Part shown: one piece after another, positions 1 through 11,725 of the stretch
Layout: every line of letters starts with the position of its first letter
Position numbering within the stretch: the first letter of the stretch is position 1
Origin: Octopus sinensis
Taxonomy: Eukaryota
Assembly (NCBI RefSeq): GCF_006345805.1
Contig: NW_021832209.1
Span: 1-42,763, forward strand
Length of the DNA: 42,763 nt
Reading direction: 5' to 3'
Notes under the pieces: model-generated
What the model was told of the DNA's origin: nothing
Databases searched by the model: none
What the model saw: only the letters and a program-made list of their open reading frames with translations
Program-made: the position numbers and the translations under genes

Positions 1-1233
1 AAAACAAATATGTGAATTAATGTAGTCTTACACCTTGTATTCAATATTTCGTGGTTATGACCCCATTTTCAAGAAATTGACCAATGTTGCCGATGTGCGT
101 GTGTGTGTACACGCTCACACACACGCACATCGGCAACATCCATTATATAAACAGTCACCCAGGCATCCAGGCATCCAGGCATCCAGACATCCAGAGAAGC
201 AGACAGAACGACAGAGACAGATAGATACATTGAAATGGGTAGATTGATTGATATATCGATATATAAATAGTTAGTGAGAAAGGAGAGAAAGAGAGACTGC
301 ATGCAGATTTAGACAGGAAGCCAGGGACACTATCAGTTAACTCGCCAACCAGCCAGCCAGCCAGACAGACAGAAAGACAGACACAATGATAGAAAGCGAG
401 GTGAAATAGTGGTTGTTTTAAACAATTAGTGTCAAAGGAAGGACAGGAAATGAAGAGTATTTTTACGAATTTACTTTAATCAGTAATTCGAAAATGTTCA
501 GCGCCATCTTCATCTGAAATGAAATCTTTTTCGGACATCGTTAGGTAGAGGACAGCTTTTTCAACAGCTGACCTCAATGTACGGCCATTAGTGGTTTGCT
601 TTTAACCAGAATCACGTCAGCAGGCTGTACAAACATTACTTTACTCAACGCCGTAAGGGGTTTTAACTTCCGGGATTGCATTTTAGCCAAGCCATCAACG
701 GAGAGCTAGACGCCATGTTAGTTGCGATTTCTGGGTGACAGGTGATGTATTTCAATGAGGCTGGAGAAATTGTAAGCAATAAGAATTAAAATGTTCTGCT
801 GTTTAGAGGAATTGTGAGAAATGATTGAAAAGGAAATGACGTCAGACGAGCTGTAGGTTGTTGTTGTTGCCAGCTGTAATCCGAAGACATTTCACACTGG
901 ATCTAGTCACGCATAAAGTGTTGACATTATATCTTGGCAAAGACAAGATAAACAGTGCTTAAATTTCACAGCGCTACTTGCGCAGACATCAGCACACATT
1001 CATGACATCCATATCGAGATATCTGACACGCACGCATACACGCACACACATACACACACACACACGTCATTGTCGTCGACGTTCTCGTCGTTATGAGGAT
1101 GGTGATTATGATGATGACCATTATCCCCATCATCATTTTCCCACGCGAATTATGATGATGATGATGATGATGGTAAGAAATCTACCACTCCCGAAGAAAG
1201 ACCTTCATACAGGGGGGTCCTTTCCCCCTTATG

Positions 1234-1540
1234 TGTGACATGTTCGATCCGAGGTGAGACTAAACCAGTGTAAAACTAATCGAATTAAGTCAAAAAGGGA
1301 ATTGAGGACTTGAGATGCAATGTATGGCGACGAGGGAGTTCGATAGGGATCCATTGTAAAGACGGAAATAGTTTCCTAAGAATTACAAGAAGGGCCAAAC
1401 CAACAGACTAGGAACTGGTTGGCTTTGTGGCGACGGTCACTTGAGGTCCAGTTCTAGTGATAGGTTTCCATTGGTAGATGACATATCGAGGTCGGTGCCT
1501 CTGTCGGATTGAGGTCGGTAAAGTATCCTGGGGCTATACA
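1234..1540. mobile_element. Solo LTR (307 bp)
   Basis: Starts TGTGACA (1234), ends CTATACA (1540); perfect 5-bp target-site duplication TTATG at 1229-1233 and 1541-1545; no internal ORF. Superfamily and orientation not determined. Confidence 0.72.
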
Positions 1541-1559
1541 TTATGCCCATCTATTTTGG

Positions 1560-1775
1560 CTTCTACGTTAGACTGCGGTCATGCTGGGGCACAGCCTTCA
1601 ACAATTTTAGTCGAACGAATCGACCCTCAGTACTTTTGATTTCTTTCTTTTGTTTTTGTAAAGCCTGGTACTTATTCCATCGGTTCTTTTGCCGAGCCGC
1701 TAAGTTATGGGGACGTAAACACACCAAGACCCGTTTTCAATTGGTGGTTGGGGACAAACACAAAGACACACATAA
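1560..1775 (-). mobile_element. SINE body/3' part (same family as 4662-4790), head missing
   Basis: Reverse complement shares accgat.gaataagtac.aggctt...gggtcgatt.g.tcgactaaa...gg..gtgc.ccagcatg.ccgcagtc with the + strand copy at 4662-4790; abuts (CA)n. Confidence 0.7.
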
Positions 1776-1784
1776 ATACACGCA

Positions 1785-1785
1785 T

Positions 1786-1837
<52 letters not shown>

Positions 1838-1948
1838 GTTGTGAAGCTTAAGTTGGTTCTATTTTCAATATTGAGTCTCCATTAATAAATGTTACATTAT
1901 TCTTAAACTCACTCTAAAATAGTATCCTTATTTAAAACACACACACAT

Positions 1949-1999
<51 letters not shown>

Positions 2000-2659
2000 A
2001 TGAATCGTTAATCAAATTTTATGTCTGCCCTTCATCAGTAAATAATGACGCCCTTTGTCGAAACAATTCCTATATGAATATTCAGAGACCTTCTTAGCCC
2101 CGTCCTCTGTATGAAATGATAATTACTGTTTTACAGTATGAAAGAGAAGATGCATTTCAGCAAGAGGATGAGGCAGAAAAAATATTTAGATTGTAATGGA
2201 TTCATACACATTCACCCCTACCTACCTACCTACCTACCTACCTACCTACCTACCTACCTACCTACCTACCTACCTACCTACCTACATACCTACCTACCTA
2301 CCTATCTACCTACCTACCTACCTATATACGTACGTACGTACGTACGTAGGTACGTACGTACCTACCTACCTACCTATCTACATACATACATACGTATACA
2401 TATACATAGAAACGCACATCATACATAGAGTTATACATGCACACGTGTTCTCATATATGCATACATACATACATATACATACATATATAAACCTATATAT
2501 ATATATTATATATATATATATAGATATATATATAGTGTGTGTGGGTGTGTGGTGTGTGTGTGTGTGTGTATGAATGTATGCATGCATATGTACATATCCC
2601 TTATATAAACAAGTGTACATATATACATTCGCATACATTCATATATATGTATATTTATG

Positions 2660-2710
<51 letters not shown>

Positions 2711-2974
2711 TATATATATGTATCTCTCTCTATATATATGTATGTATACACACAGACACATTCAAAAATACGCACGCATATATGTATATATGTCTGTGTG
2801 TATATATATATGTACACATGTATAAATATATATTTATACATCAATACATATATAAATGTAGATGGATAGATAGATGGATAAATCGAAGGATAGTTTTGTA
2901 AAGAGATCGAATTGATCGAAAGATAGATAAATAGCTGGTTATCCAGCTACTTAGCTATACACACACATATACAT

Positions 2975-3042
<68 letters not shown>

Positions 3043-3080
3043 CATAATACATATATATATATATACACACACACATACAG
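1785..3080. repeat. Compound microsatellites (CA)n, (CCTA)n, (TACG)n, (TA)n
   Basis: Directly visible, e.g. (CA)n 1785-1836 and 1937-1997, (CCTA)n about 2216-2325, (TA)n 2490-3080; short unique sequence intervenes at about 2000-2215. Confidence 0.95.
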
Positions 3081-4296
3081 AGATAAAAGTATAGATAGCT
3101 CTATAGACAAATAAATAGATGGACTGTTCTGTCGATAGATAAAGAGATAAACTGCCGTATCGATAGATAAAGAGATAGATACCTAGTAAGACGAATGGTT
3201 AAGATGTTGGACATATAATTTAATAAGCAATGGAGATATCACCTGGGTTTCTTAGAAAATAGATAAAGAAGACAAAAAGAAGTTGCATGGTAACTGTTCA
3301 GCCACATTTTGGTGAAAATGTCAAACTCCATTTGGAGATCGCTGTTAATATCTTAGCAACACATAATATATTATTCAAAGAACGTGTGAGAACGAAACAG
3401 CCAGTTTCAGCCATCGCCATATTTTACTTCCTTTTCTATGAAATAAATATAAAAAATGCAAAAATTAATCTAATGACGTCGTGGAAATATCTTTGTCACA
3501 AACTGCGAATCCTTTTCTCACCTTTAAGAGAATATCATTCTATTGCAGTGTCAGTGTTTTGTCATATGACTCGTCATGTCTCTGGATCTCTCACACACCG
3601 TTAGTTCTGTATTCTTCATTTCAAAATATGTTGGTATTTACAGGAAATATCCCGATCTACATATTTCCGCAATGAGTGAAGGCCACTCGAGAGTTTTTCC
3701 AGATTCCACTTCACAGCTGACAATAAAGAACACAATAATGTTGTTGAGCCTATCTGAAATCAACATTTCAGGTTTGACCGTCGCTGGGACCACACTCACC
3801 GGATTTTATAACCTTTCTTTCACAGGATATCTGCCTCGTGGTTTACCTTTTCTCCTCATGTTATTCCTGCAGCCATCCACGTGCATTAGTGATACAAAAA
3901 ACATATACGACCTCATTGACCGTTATTTAATATCATTTATTACGGTATTAAATATTTACAAATACAGGTATATCAAATACCATACAACATAAATTACAGA
4001 TTTATTAAAATTGTCTCCACTTGTATTGAATGTAGCATAATTACCAAATGACAATTAAAACACGTTGTTCTAATAAATGCCATTGGCCTCACTGAGTTAT
4101 TTCTCTTGCCTCATTCCTGTTTAAATTATGCAAATTACCTCGGCTATAATGTGTTCTACTCCTCTTTGTATAATTCGGACATTTCTCGAGTTGCTGAAAG
4201 TCATTGAGCCAGAAACACGTGTCCATGACTGTCCTCTTATCTCTACACAATAGCTCTGCTGCATTCCTTCATGGCATGCCAAATTTTTTGAATCTT

Positions 4297-5208
4297 GAGA
4301 TCATCTCCTCATGTGGTGCTAATCTTAATTACCATTTGATAATTATGACACATACCTGAGACACAGAGAAACTGTTTCATAATTCAAGAATTCATTTTGA
4401 ATGATATTTGATGTACCTCTGTTTGTCTATATCAACCAAATATATGCAACTGGCCACTTCCTACGCTCATTTTTGTTTAAAAGATTAAATATTTACACCG
4501 TTCATATTTAAAGTATGTTCAGTATATTAATCTTTTATTCCGGACATCGCACTCAACCGTAATTCATCTTCAGTAGCCGTATAATTCCACCCCATTTAAA
4601 TCATAAACTGCCACCATTGAACGTTACATACACCCTTATATTTATCTAAATTATATATACTAAGACCGATAGAATAAGTACTGGGCTTACAAAGAATAAG
4701 TCCCGGGGTCGATTTGCTTGACTAAAGGCGGTGCTCCAGCATGGCCGCAGTCAAATGACTGAAACAAGTAAAAGAGTAAAAGAGAGAGTAATACTAGCAG
4801 AAAGACCACCCACGAGGAGGTTTTCTGCTGCTCCAATCTGGAATATGTGTGTGTTTATAATATATAAGACAGAGTGTGTGTGTGTGTGAGAGAGAGAGAA
4901 GAGAGAGAAGAGAGAGGGAAAGAGAGAGAGAGAAAGAGAGAGAGGGAGAGAGAAAGAGAGAGAGAGAGAAAGATAGAAAGATAAGGAGAGAGAGAGAACA
5001 TTGCAAACAATGAATGAAATAAACATGAAATGAAAAATCGTATAAATAAACCTCGTTAATTTATTCTTTATGATATAGACAAACAGAGGTACATCAAATA
5101 TCATTCAAAATGAATTCTTGAATTATGAAACAGTTTCTTTGTGTCTCAGGTATGTGTCATAATTATCAAATGGTAATTAAGATTAGCACCACATGAGGAG
5201 ATGATCTC
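4297..5208. repeat. 138-bp near-perfect inverted repeat (arms 4297-4434 and 5071-5208)
   Basis: Manual alignment of the left arm with the reverse complement of the right arm gives one mismatch (cagagaaac vs caaagaaac); the 636-bp spacer holds a SINE fragment and (GA)n. Confidence 0.92.
4662..4790 (+). mobile_element. SINE 3' fragment
   Basis: Homologous to 1560-1775 (opposite strand); ends in a short repeated tail gtaaaaga-gtaaaaga-gagagta. Confidence 0.7.
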
Positions 5209-6224
5209 CCTGCATTCTTTTGATCGAACTCTCAGAAATGCCAAAATGAAGGGCAGGGTTTGTTCGTTAATTTCCGTGTAAATTTTTTATTGATTTACTT
5301 TTGTTTTAAAATGAAAGAGAAGAGAAAGTCAAAGATGTATGTAAACGTATTTGAAATGGACGTGTGTGTGTGTGTGTGAGAGAGAGAGAGTGTGTGCCAC
5401 TTATACGTCACTCTTTCTCTGTGTGCGTCTCTCTCCCCCCACACAAACACACACACATACGTAAATGTATACAAACATACATACAAAAACACGTTTGCGT
5501 GTGTGACTGACTACAAATACATAGAGCTGAACACGGCGCGTAAAAAGTAAATAAATAAAAAAAAATTGCGGAAATTAACGAAGTGTGCGGGTTCAAGCGA
5601 AAGAATGCCAAACTATCTTGTACCGAAAATTTAAATTTGTGAACTTGAAATATTCAATAATAAAAGGAAGTTCAGAAAGTAAATTTTTCTGAAAACTTGA
5701 ACTTATAACAAATTCCATTTGCTTAGTAAATATTTCAGTAATTTTTCGTAGGTGTAATATATCTGTAATTGAAAGAAACTTCAAGGTAGCCCTAGCACGC
5801 TTAGCATGCTGGAAATAGCAGCGATCACATAGTTATTATTGTACGGCTTATAGCGTTCCAAACGGCCATACCAACAAAATCACTTCTTAATTGAAAAAGA
5901 ACAAAAATTATACCGGTATTTTAAAAAAATGTCATTTTATCAAAATTTTATCAATAAGTTATACAGCCATTTTGTGTAACAGCATTCATTCATTCAACGA
6001 ATAATTCATTTTACATTACGTATATAGAATAAATTGTGGGTTTTGCAAATAGCGAATTAAAACTTGAAATGAAAACATTGAAAGGAATGTATATTAAATT
6101 ATCATTATGAAAATAGAGGCGAGAAAGAGTAAGAGACTGTTGCAAATGAAAACGGAAAACTTCGTCTGCAACGAATTAATATTGTCTATTCTTTGTTATT
6201 TCATTTTTTTTTACACACATGCAC

Positions 6225-6272
<48 letters not shown>

Positions 6273-6281
6273 ATACACATT

Positions 6282-6312
<31 letters not shown>

Positions 6313-6439
6313 GATTGCCATCCCTTGTGTCTCAGAGTGGATGTCTCAGACATCTCTGAGTGTGTCTCAGACATCTCTGATGAAAGCGTTCAAGGACCTT
6401 TACATGCCGTATACATATACACGCATGCATATATAATAA

Positions 6440-7110
6440 ACTAGTCTCTACATTTAGCATTGCTTCTTCCCGTCCGTAAGTTTTCTGCTGTTATTTCTTT
6501 TAAAATGTCAGCCTCAAACATTCCCTTTATATGGCCATTACTATTAACGATGCAAACATTATCCAACATACAAGAAAGATGCTAGATCATCATGAAAAAT
6601 ACATCTGAATAAAATCATTTAGCACCCCCTTTGACATCAGCATAGGGGCAAGTAACCCAGCGGAGGTTAGCAACCTCTGTGGTTGTAAACTGCTATGTAG
6701 ACTTTACAATCTCTTTCGAGAAATCAGAAGAGGACTATACCGAGACGATGGACTGTTGATATTGCATAAGTGACTTAAGAATAAGTGACTTAAGAATAAG
6801 TGACTTAAGAATAAGTTTACTTGACTCCCCACAGAGAATCCCTAAACATCACAGAGATGAAATGATTTGCTGGCACAACTCGCTTTTCAGTCTTGGAGTT
6901 GCAACCCCATTAACCAGAAAATTGTTCACACTGCTTGCAATCACTTTACAACACGATATGGATACGCCTCCACTTTTCACAAAACCACCGCCAAACTCCC
7001 CTAAACAATCATTGCATATTCTATACCAGAAGCCTCAAACCTCGACGTCTCTAAGTTTAATAAACACCAACATGATATTAAGAAAGAATGCAATTGTCCC
7101 CCCCCCACCA
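6440..7110 (+). pseudogene. Decayed, internally deleted Penelope-like element RT/linker fragment
   Basis: 6609-6770 translates IKSFSTPFDISIGASNPAEVSNLCGCKLLCRLYNLFREIRRGLYRDDGLLIL, matching FDTPMGSSDSAEV...GLYRDDA of the 37475-39403 element; downstream frame [29 protein letters not shown] matches its ISYS...CTCR linker. Stops and deletions present. Confidence 0.8.
6766..6816 (+). repeat. 15-bp unit ataagtgacttaaga x3 plus partial copy
   Basis: Directly visible at 6766-6780, 6781-6795, 6796-6810, then ataagt. Confidence 0.95.
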
Positions 7111-7149
7111 TATATATCTGCTTTACTCGATATATTCTAGGTGTCTATA

Positions 7150-7212
7150 TTTTGTTATATGTATATACATATATATATATATTCTGGTATATACCTATTT
7201 ATAGATATATAC

Positions 7213-7277
<65 letters not shown>

Positions 7278-8419
7278 TATATACCTATACATATATATAT
7301 GTAAATATGTATATATATATATACATATACATAGAGGCATACATACATACACTCACACATATATAAATGTACATTCATGTGTGTGTGTATATGTGTATAT
7401 ATATGTGTATATATATACATTTATACACAGGCATATGCGTTTATCTATATATGTATATGTATATATATAAATACATATAAATATATATATGTATTTAGAC
7501 GCACATTTATTTACGAATGTGTGTGTTTATAAATATACAGACATACATAGCTATATTCATACACGCACGAACATATATACGTACATATATTTATATGTCT
7601 GTATATATCTACCTACCTACCTACCTACCTACCTACCTACCTACCTACCTACCTACCTACCTACCTACCTACCTACATACATACACACAGACATAACATA
7701 TGCATATATGCATATGTATATATATGTATGTATATGTGTCTGTATATATATGTATGTATACACATCTATAGATACATACAAATGTATATTAACCGTTAGA
7801 TAGATTAGACCACTTTACTAAAGTTAGCGATTGTGTGAAAGAGTGAGAGGGAGGGAGAAATAAAGGGAGAGAGAGGGGGAGTGAGAGTGAGAAAGAGGGA
7901 GATAGTGAAAGGAAGAGCGAGACAGAGAGAGGGGAAGGGATGAGGATGAGAGAGAAATCGGGAGAAAGCAAAAGAGAGTGGAGTTAGATACGCACACACA
8001 CACACACATACACACGCACACACGCACACACACAGAGAAGCGCATGCGCGCGCGTGTGCGTGCGGCAGTGACATGCACTTCACGAAATCATGCTGCCAGA
8101 GAAGCAGCATCAATTTACCATTCTGCAGCAGCAAGTTGTAGAGTCTTTTGTTTGAAAGGCAGGAAGGAATTGTTGAGAATCTCTTCAGGAGGTCTTTGTA
8201 TTCATGTGAGAGGGGGGATTGCGTGATGTTGAGTCACGATTAGTGGAGACTGCCATGGCACCGATGTTCGGCTGTGGAGATCAGACTGGAATAGATTAAA
8301 GAGGGGTGGGCACGGAGGAAGCTTATGAGGGTGGAGGTCTATGGGAGCATGGTCATGTTGGTGGAAATTAGCAGCGATTACTGAATGATGATGACGATGA
8401 TGATGATGATGATGACGAC

Positions 8420-8452
<33 letters not shown>

Positions 8453-8726
8453 GATGATGACGGAGATGGTGATGAAGAAAAGGAAGAGTAAGGGGGTTAG
8501 AATAAGCTAAGGAGGAATTTCAAAGCAGACGCGCAACAAAACGTCGTTGTTGTGATGACAGCGACGATGACGATGACGACGATGACGATGACGACGACGA
8601 TGACAATGACGACGATGACGATGACGACGATAATGATGATTATGAGGATTAAATGCAGCAGAAGCGGAGGTAAGCTGAGAGCAGACGCCATACACTTTTG
8701 GCACCAGTTTATCGGATACGCATACG

Positions 8727-8780
<54 letters not shown>

Positions 8781-8871
8781 CACACACACACACACGCACG
8801 CACGCACACACGCACGCACACAACACACACGCACGCACGCACGCACGCACACACGCACGCACACACGCACG

Positions 8872-8920
<49 letters not shown>
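7150..8920. repeat. Microsatellite-rich tract: (TA)n, (CCTA)n, (GA)n, (CA/CG)n, (GAT/GAC)n
   Basis: Directly visible; unique sequence intervenes at about 8065-8385. Confidence 0.9.
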
Positions 8921-8925
<5 letters not shown>

Positions 8926-8965
8926 CAAAGGCGGATAAGCATCGACAGCTAGCAAGCCAAGCTAC

Positions 8966-9008
8966 TCCAGACTGATGATGAGCAATGACTCTGAAACTAG
9001 TCTCTGGA
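8966..9008 (+). ncRNA. Minimal type I hammerhead ribozyme motif
   Basis: Stem I tccaga(8966-71)/tctgga(9003-08); core CTGATGA(8972-78); stem II gag/ctc with loop caatga and a U.U closing mismatch; GAAA(8993-96); palindromic stem III ACTAGT; GUC triplet, predicted cleavage after 9002. Confidence 0.72.
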
Positions 9009-9521
9009 TGCTGGCTTTGCTGGGTGGAGGTGCTTATCTCTCCTCTTTCAAAACATAAGGACACAGAAAATGTGTCATGGCCAACTGGAAACGGCGTTTC
9101 CTAGCGCAGTAGCATTTATACCTTTCATAGAACTGCCACATTAAGTTGGCAATAAACCATCACTTTATCGTGCTGCTATTATAGAAATCTCTCTAAGAGA
9201 TTTAGAAATGCATGTGAGTCCAAATACTTGAATGTATGCTAGGAGATTGTCTTAGCCAGATTGCCTTCGGACGGTTGATTTCTGTAGTTATTATCAGTGT
9301 ATTTTGGCGATTTAATTTAGTGTTTTGACTTGTTATTTCCAGCAGGTAGACATACTTAGTATGGCCTTTGATTAATGGTGACCCTTCAGCTATTTAATGC
9401 TTCTTTGGGCTTGCGATTGCCTATATTACTGATTCTGCTATTATCAGTTTAAAATTGTTATCCTAGACTATAATAGTATCAATGATATCCTCCTGAATTA
9501 TTTGCTCCGTATATATATGCA

Positions 9522-9522
<1 letters not shown>

Positions 9523-9607
<85 letters not shown>
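9523..9607 (+). repeat. (ATCT/CTAT)n microsatellite, 5' flank of the Tx1-like LINE
   Basis: Directly visible; ends immediately before cggacgtgctgtc. Confidence 0.97.
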
Positions 9608-9804
9608 CGGACGTGCTGTCACTTCGGCTCCGAAGGTAATCGTTTATTTTGACTATTTATAGCCCATATTTTGTGTACATTTTTATAAATAAGATGTGTA
9701 AGGCACCCAACTTTCGTTTGAGTGCTTTTTCAAGGGAGGAATTCGCCCCTAGGGGCAGTTTCAACCCTATTTAATTTGTGTAATTTTCTTCTCGACATTA
9801 AAAA

Positions 9805-11659
9805 ATGTCGAGAAATTTTATTGTAGAACGCTGGTCGCGTTCCTTTATGGACCAGCATTTTCCTAGTCTGGAAACGCTAGAAGAAAAAAAGACCTTATGC
9901 ACGCATAGTGCAAACCTGAATGACGTGGTAGTGAACGCTGCAACCGCTTGCGGTAACAGCCCTGTCACCACCACCACTAACAACAACAATGAGACTACTA
10001 CTGCTACCACCACCACCTCCACCACCACCTCCACCACCACCACGACCAACATAAATGATAAAAATGAAACGCACGCGAATACTATTAAGAAAAACAACAA
10101 TAAAAATGAACTATCTAATAGTGAAGATGTTAATATAAAAGAATCAACACCAGTAAATTTTGCTGACACTCTGCGTCAGAAAAAAGAAATTGTAAAATTT
10201 ACAAATGAGGAATTAATAGAAACTAGAGCTCTCTTTACAACCCGTGGGCAAGATTTAGGGATGCATACACCTCAACACATAAAAGAACAAATAGAAAATA
10301 AGACAATTATATATAAAATTATAAGAAAAAACAAAAAAACAAAATGAACAGATTACAAAAACGGATATAGAAAAATGTTTAAAAAACATAATGAAAAAAA
10401 AAGAATATATAAACTGGGGTCCCCAGTTTAACACAGTAGTGGTCCGCTTCCCTAACCAGGAATTGGCAAAAGCTCACTCTACCGAGTCTTTGGAAAATGA
10501 TGATATCAAAATGGTACCTTATTATAAAGGCCAGAGAGTGAGTAGAATTACTATTAAAAATGTACCTCCCGAGATCCCGAACAAATGGATAACAGGGGCA
10601 ATCTGTTACCATTTGAAAAAGATAAACATTTTAGAAACCGCCGTATACCTAAACGACAATTGGGGTGGAAAAACAATAGTAGTGACCATCCAGATTGAGG
10701 GGGCCTCTATCGAGAACCTACCCGATAGGATCCACCTAGAAAATGGGCAAAGCCTATATGTTGTAGCAGAAGGCAAAAAGCTTAGATGCTACAACTTTGG
10801 CAGCCCAGAGCATTTAATTGCCAAGTGCGCTCTGGCACAGAAAAAACAAGAAAGAACAAATCAGAAAACAAATAAAAAACCTTTGTTGTCAACACCAACA
10901 CCAACACACTCAATTATGGAACAATGCCAAGAAAAACAACAAACCAGCAAACAAACCCCAACAACATCACCAAGAAAAGAAACAGTACCAACACAATCAC
11001 CGTTGACGTCGCAACCAATTCATCATGCTGAACCAAAAGATAGACCAACACCAACACCCAGGACGACAATTAAAAAGACAGAAAACAGTGACGAGAAGAC
11101 AAATTCTACCCCTAACACCACAACAACACAAACACCGCACAAAACATCAACAATTTCTACAAGCATACATATTAAGGCAAATGCTTTGCCTTTACCCTCT
11201 TCAGATACGTCGGACGATGAAAGTTCGACGGAATGGCAAATAGACACAGGGGGTAAAAGGAAAAGATAAAAAAAGCCCACCAAACAAGGAAGTAAAGCAG
11301 GGAGATATTTAACTCCGGACAGCATCCCCCTAGACAATCAAAAAATCAATGAACCCGCAAAACCACACACACAACTAACTGCAATAGACACAGACAATAA
11401 AAAATTAATGGATTACATTGCATGCAACACGGACATCTGTGAAGATGACTTTAAGACAAACAATCATCCGCGCACCACACCACCGAAACACATAAGAATT
11501 GTACACATAACACAAACACAACACCATACACTGAAAACAATATTTCCAAATGCGGTAGGCGGGTTTCAACGATACATCTCCAAAAAACTATACAAACATC
11601 TCATCAAAGACACCACAAAAGAAGAAGAAAAAAACGAAACTTTCGAAATGAGTAAGTGA
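9805..11659 (+). pseudogene. ORF1 (gag-like nucleic-acid-binding protein), frameshifted
   Basis: ORF pieces 9805-10347, 10391-11269 and 11408-11659 join via a frameshift in an A-tract near 10340 and further lesions; degenerate CCHC knuckle RCYNFGSPEHLIAKC near 10787-10830; Thr/Asn- and Thr/Pro-rich low-complexity segments. Confidence 0.75.
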
Positions 11660-11725
11660 CCTTCCCTCTTGCCTCTTGTCTCTTCCAATGTAGTGTGTGA
11701 AACAGAATTTTCGTAAACGTCAATT

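Noticed and set aside
2216-2372. (CCTA)n tracts as possible interstitial telomere repeats (also about 7610-7675)
   Set aside because: The unit is TAGG, not TTAGG or TTAGGG; ordinary tetranucleotide microsatellite.
3256-3992. Possible exons or ORFs at 3256-3289, 3287-3604 and 3576-3992
   Set aside because: Splice-like sites occur on both strands, phases do not join consistently, and no protein motif was recognised.
4138-4293. Minus-strand open frames ending at a GAG|GTAATT donor; one resembles a transposase HTH (RNAAELLCRDKRTV)
   Set aside because: Two frames are equally open, the acceptor is poor and the similarity is too short.
6375-6450. CTGATGA followed later by aaactagtctct as a hammerhead
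   Set aside because: No GAAA after a stem II and no stem I pairing.
8198-8519. His-rich open frame on the minus strand
   Set aside because: Driven by the (CAT)n repeat; no start codon or convincing splice context.
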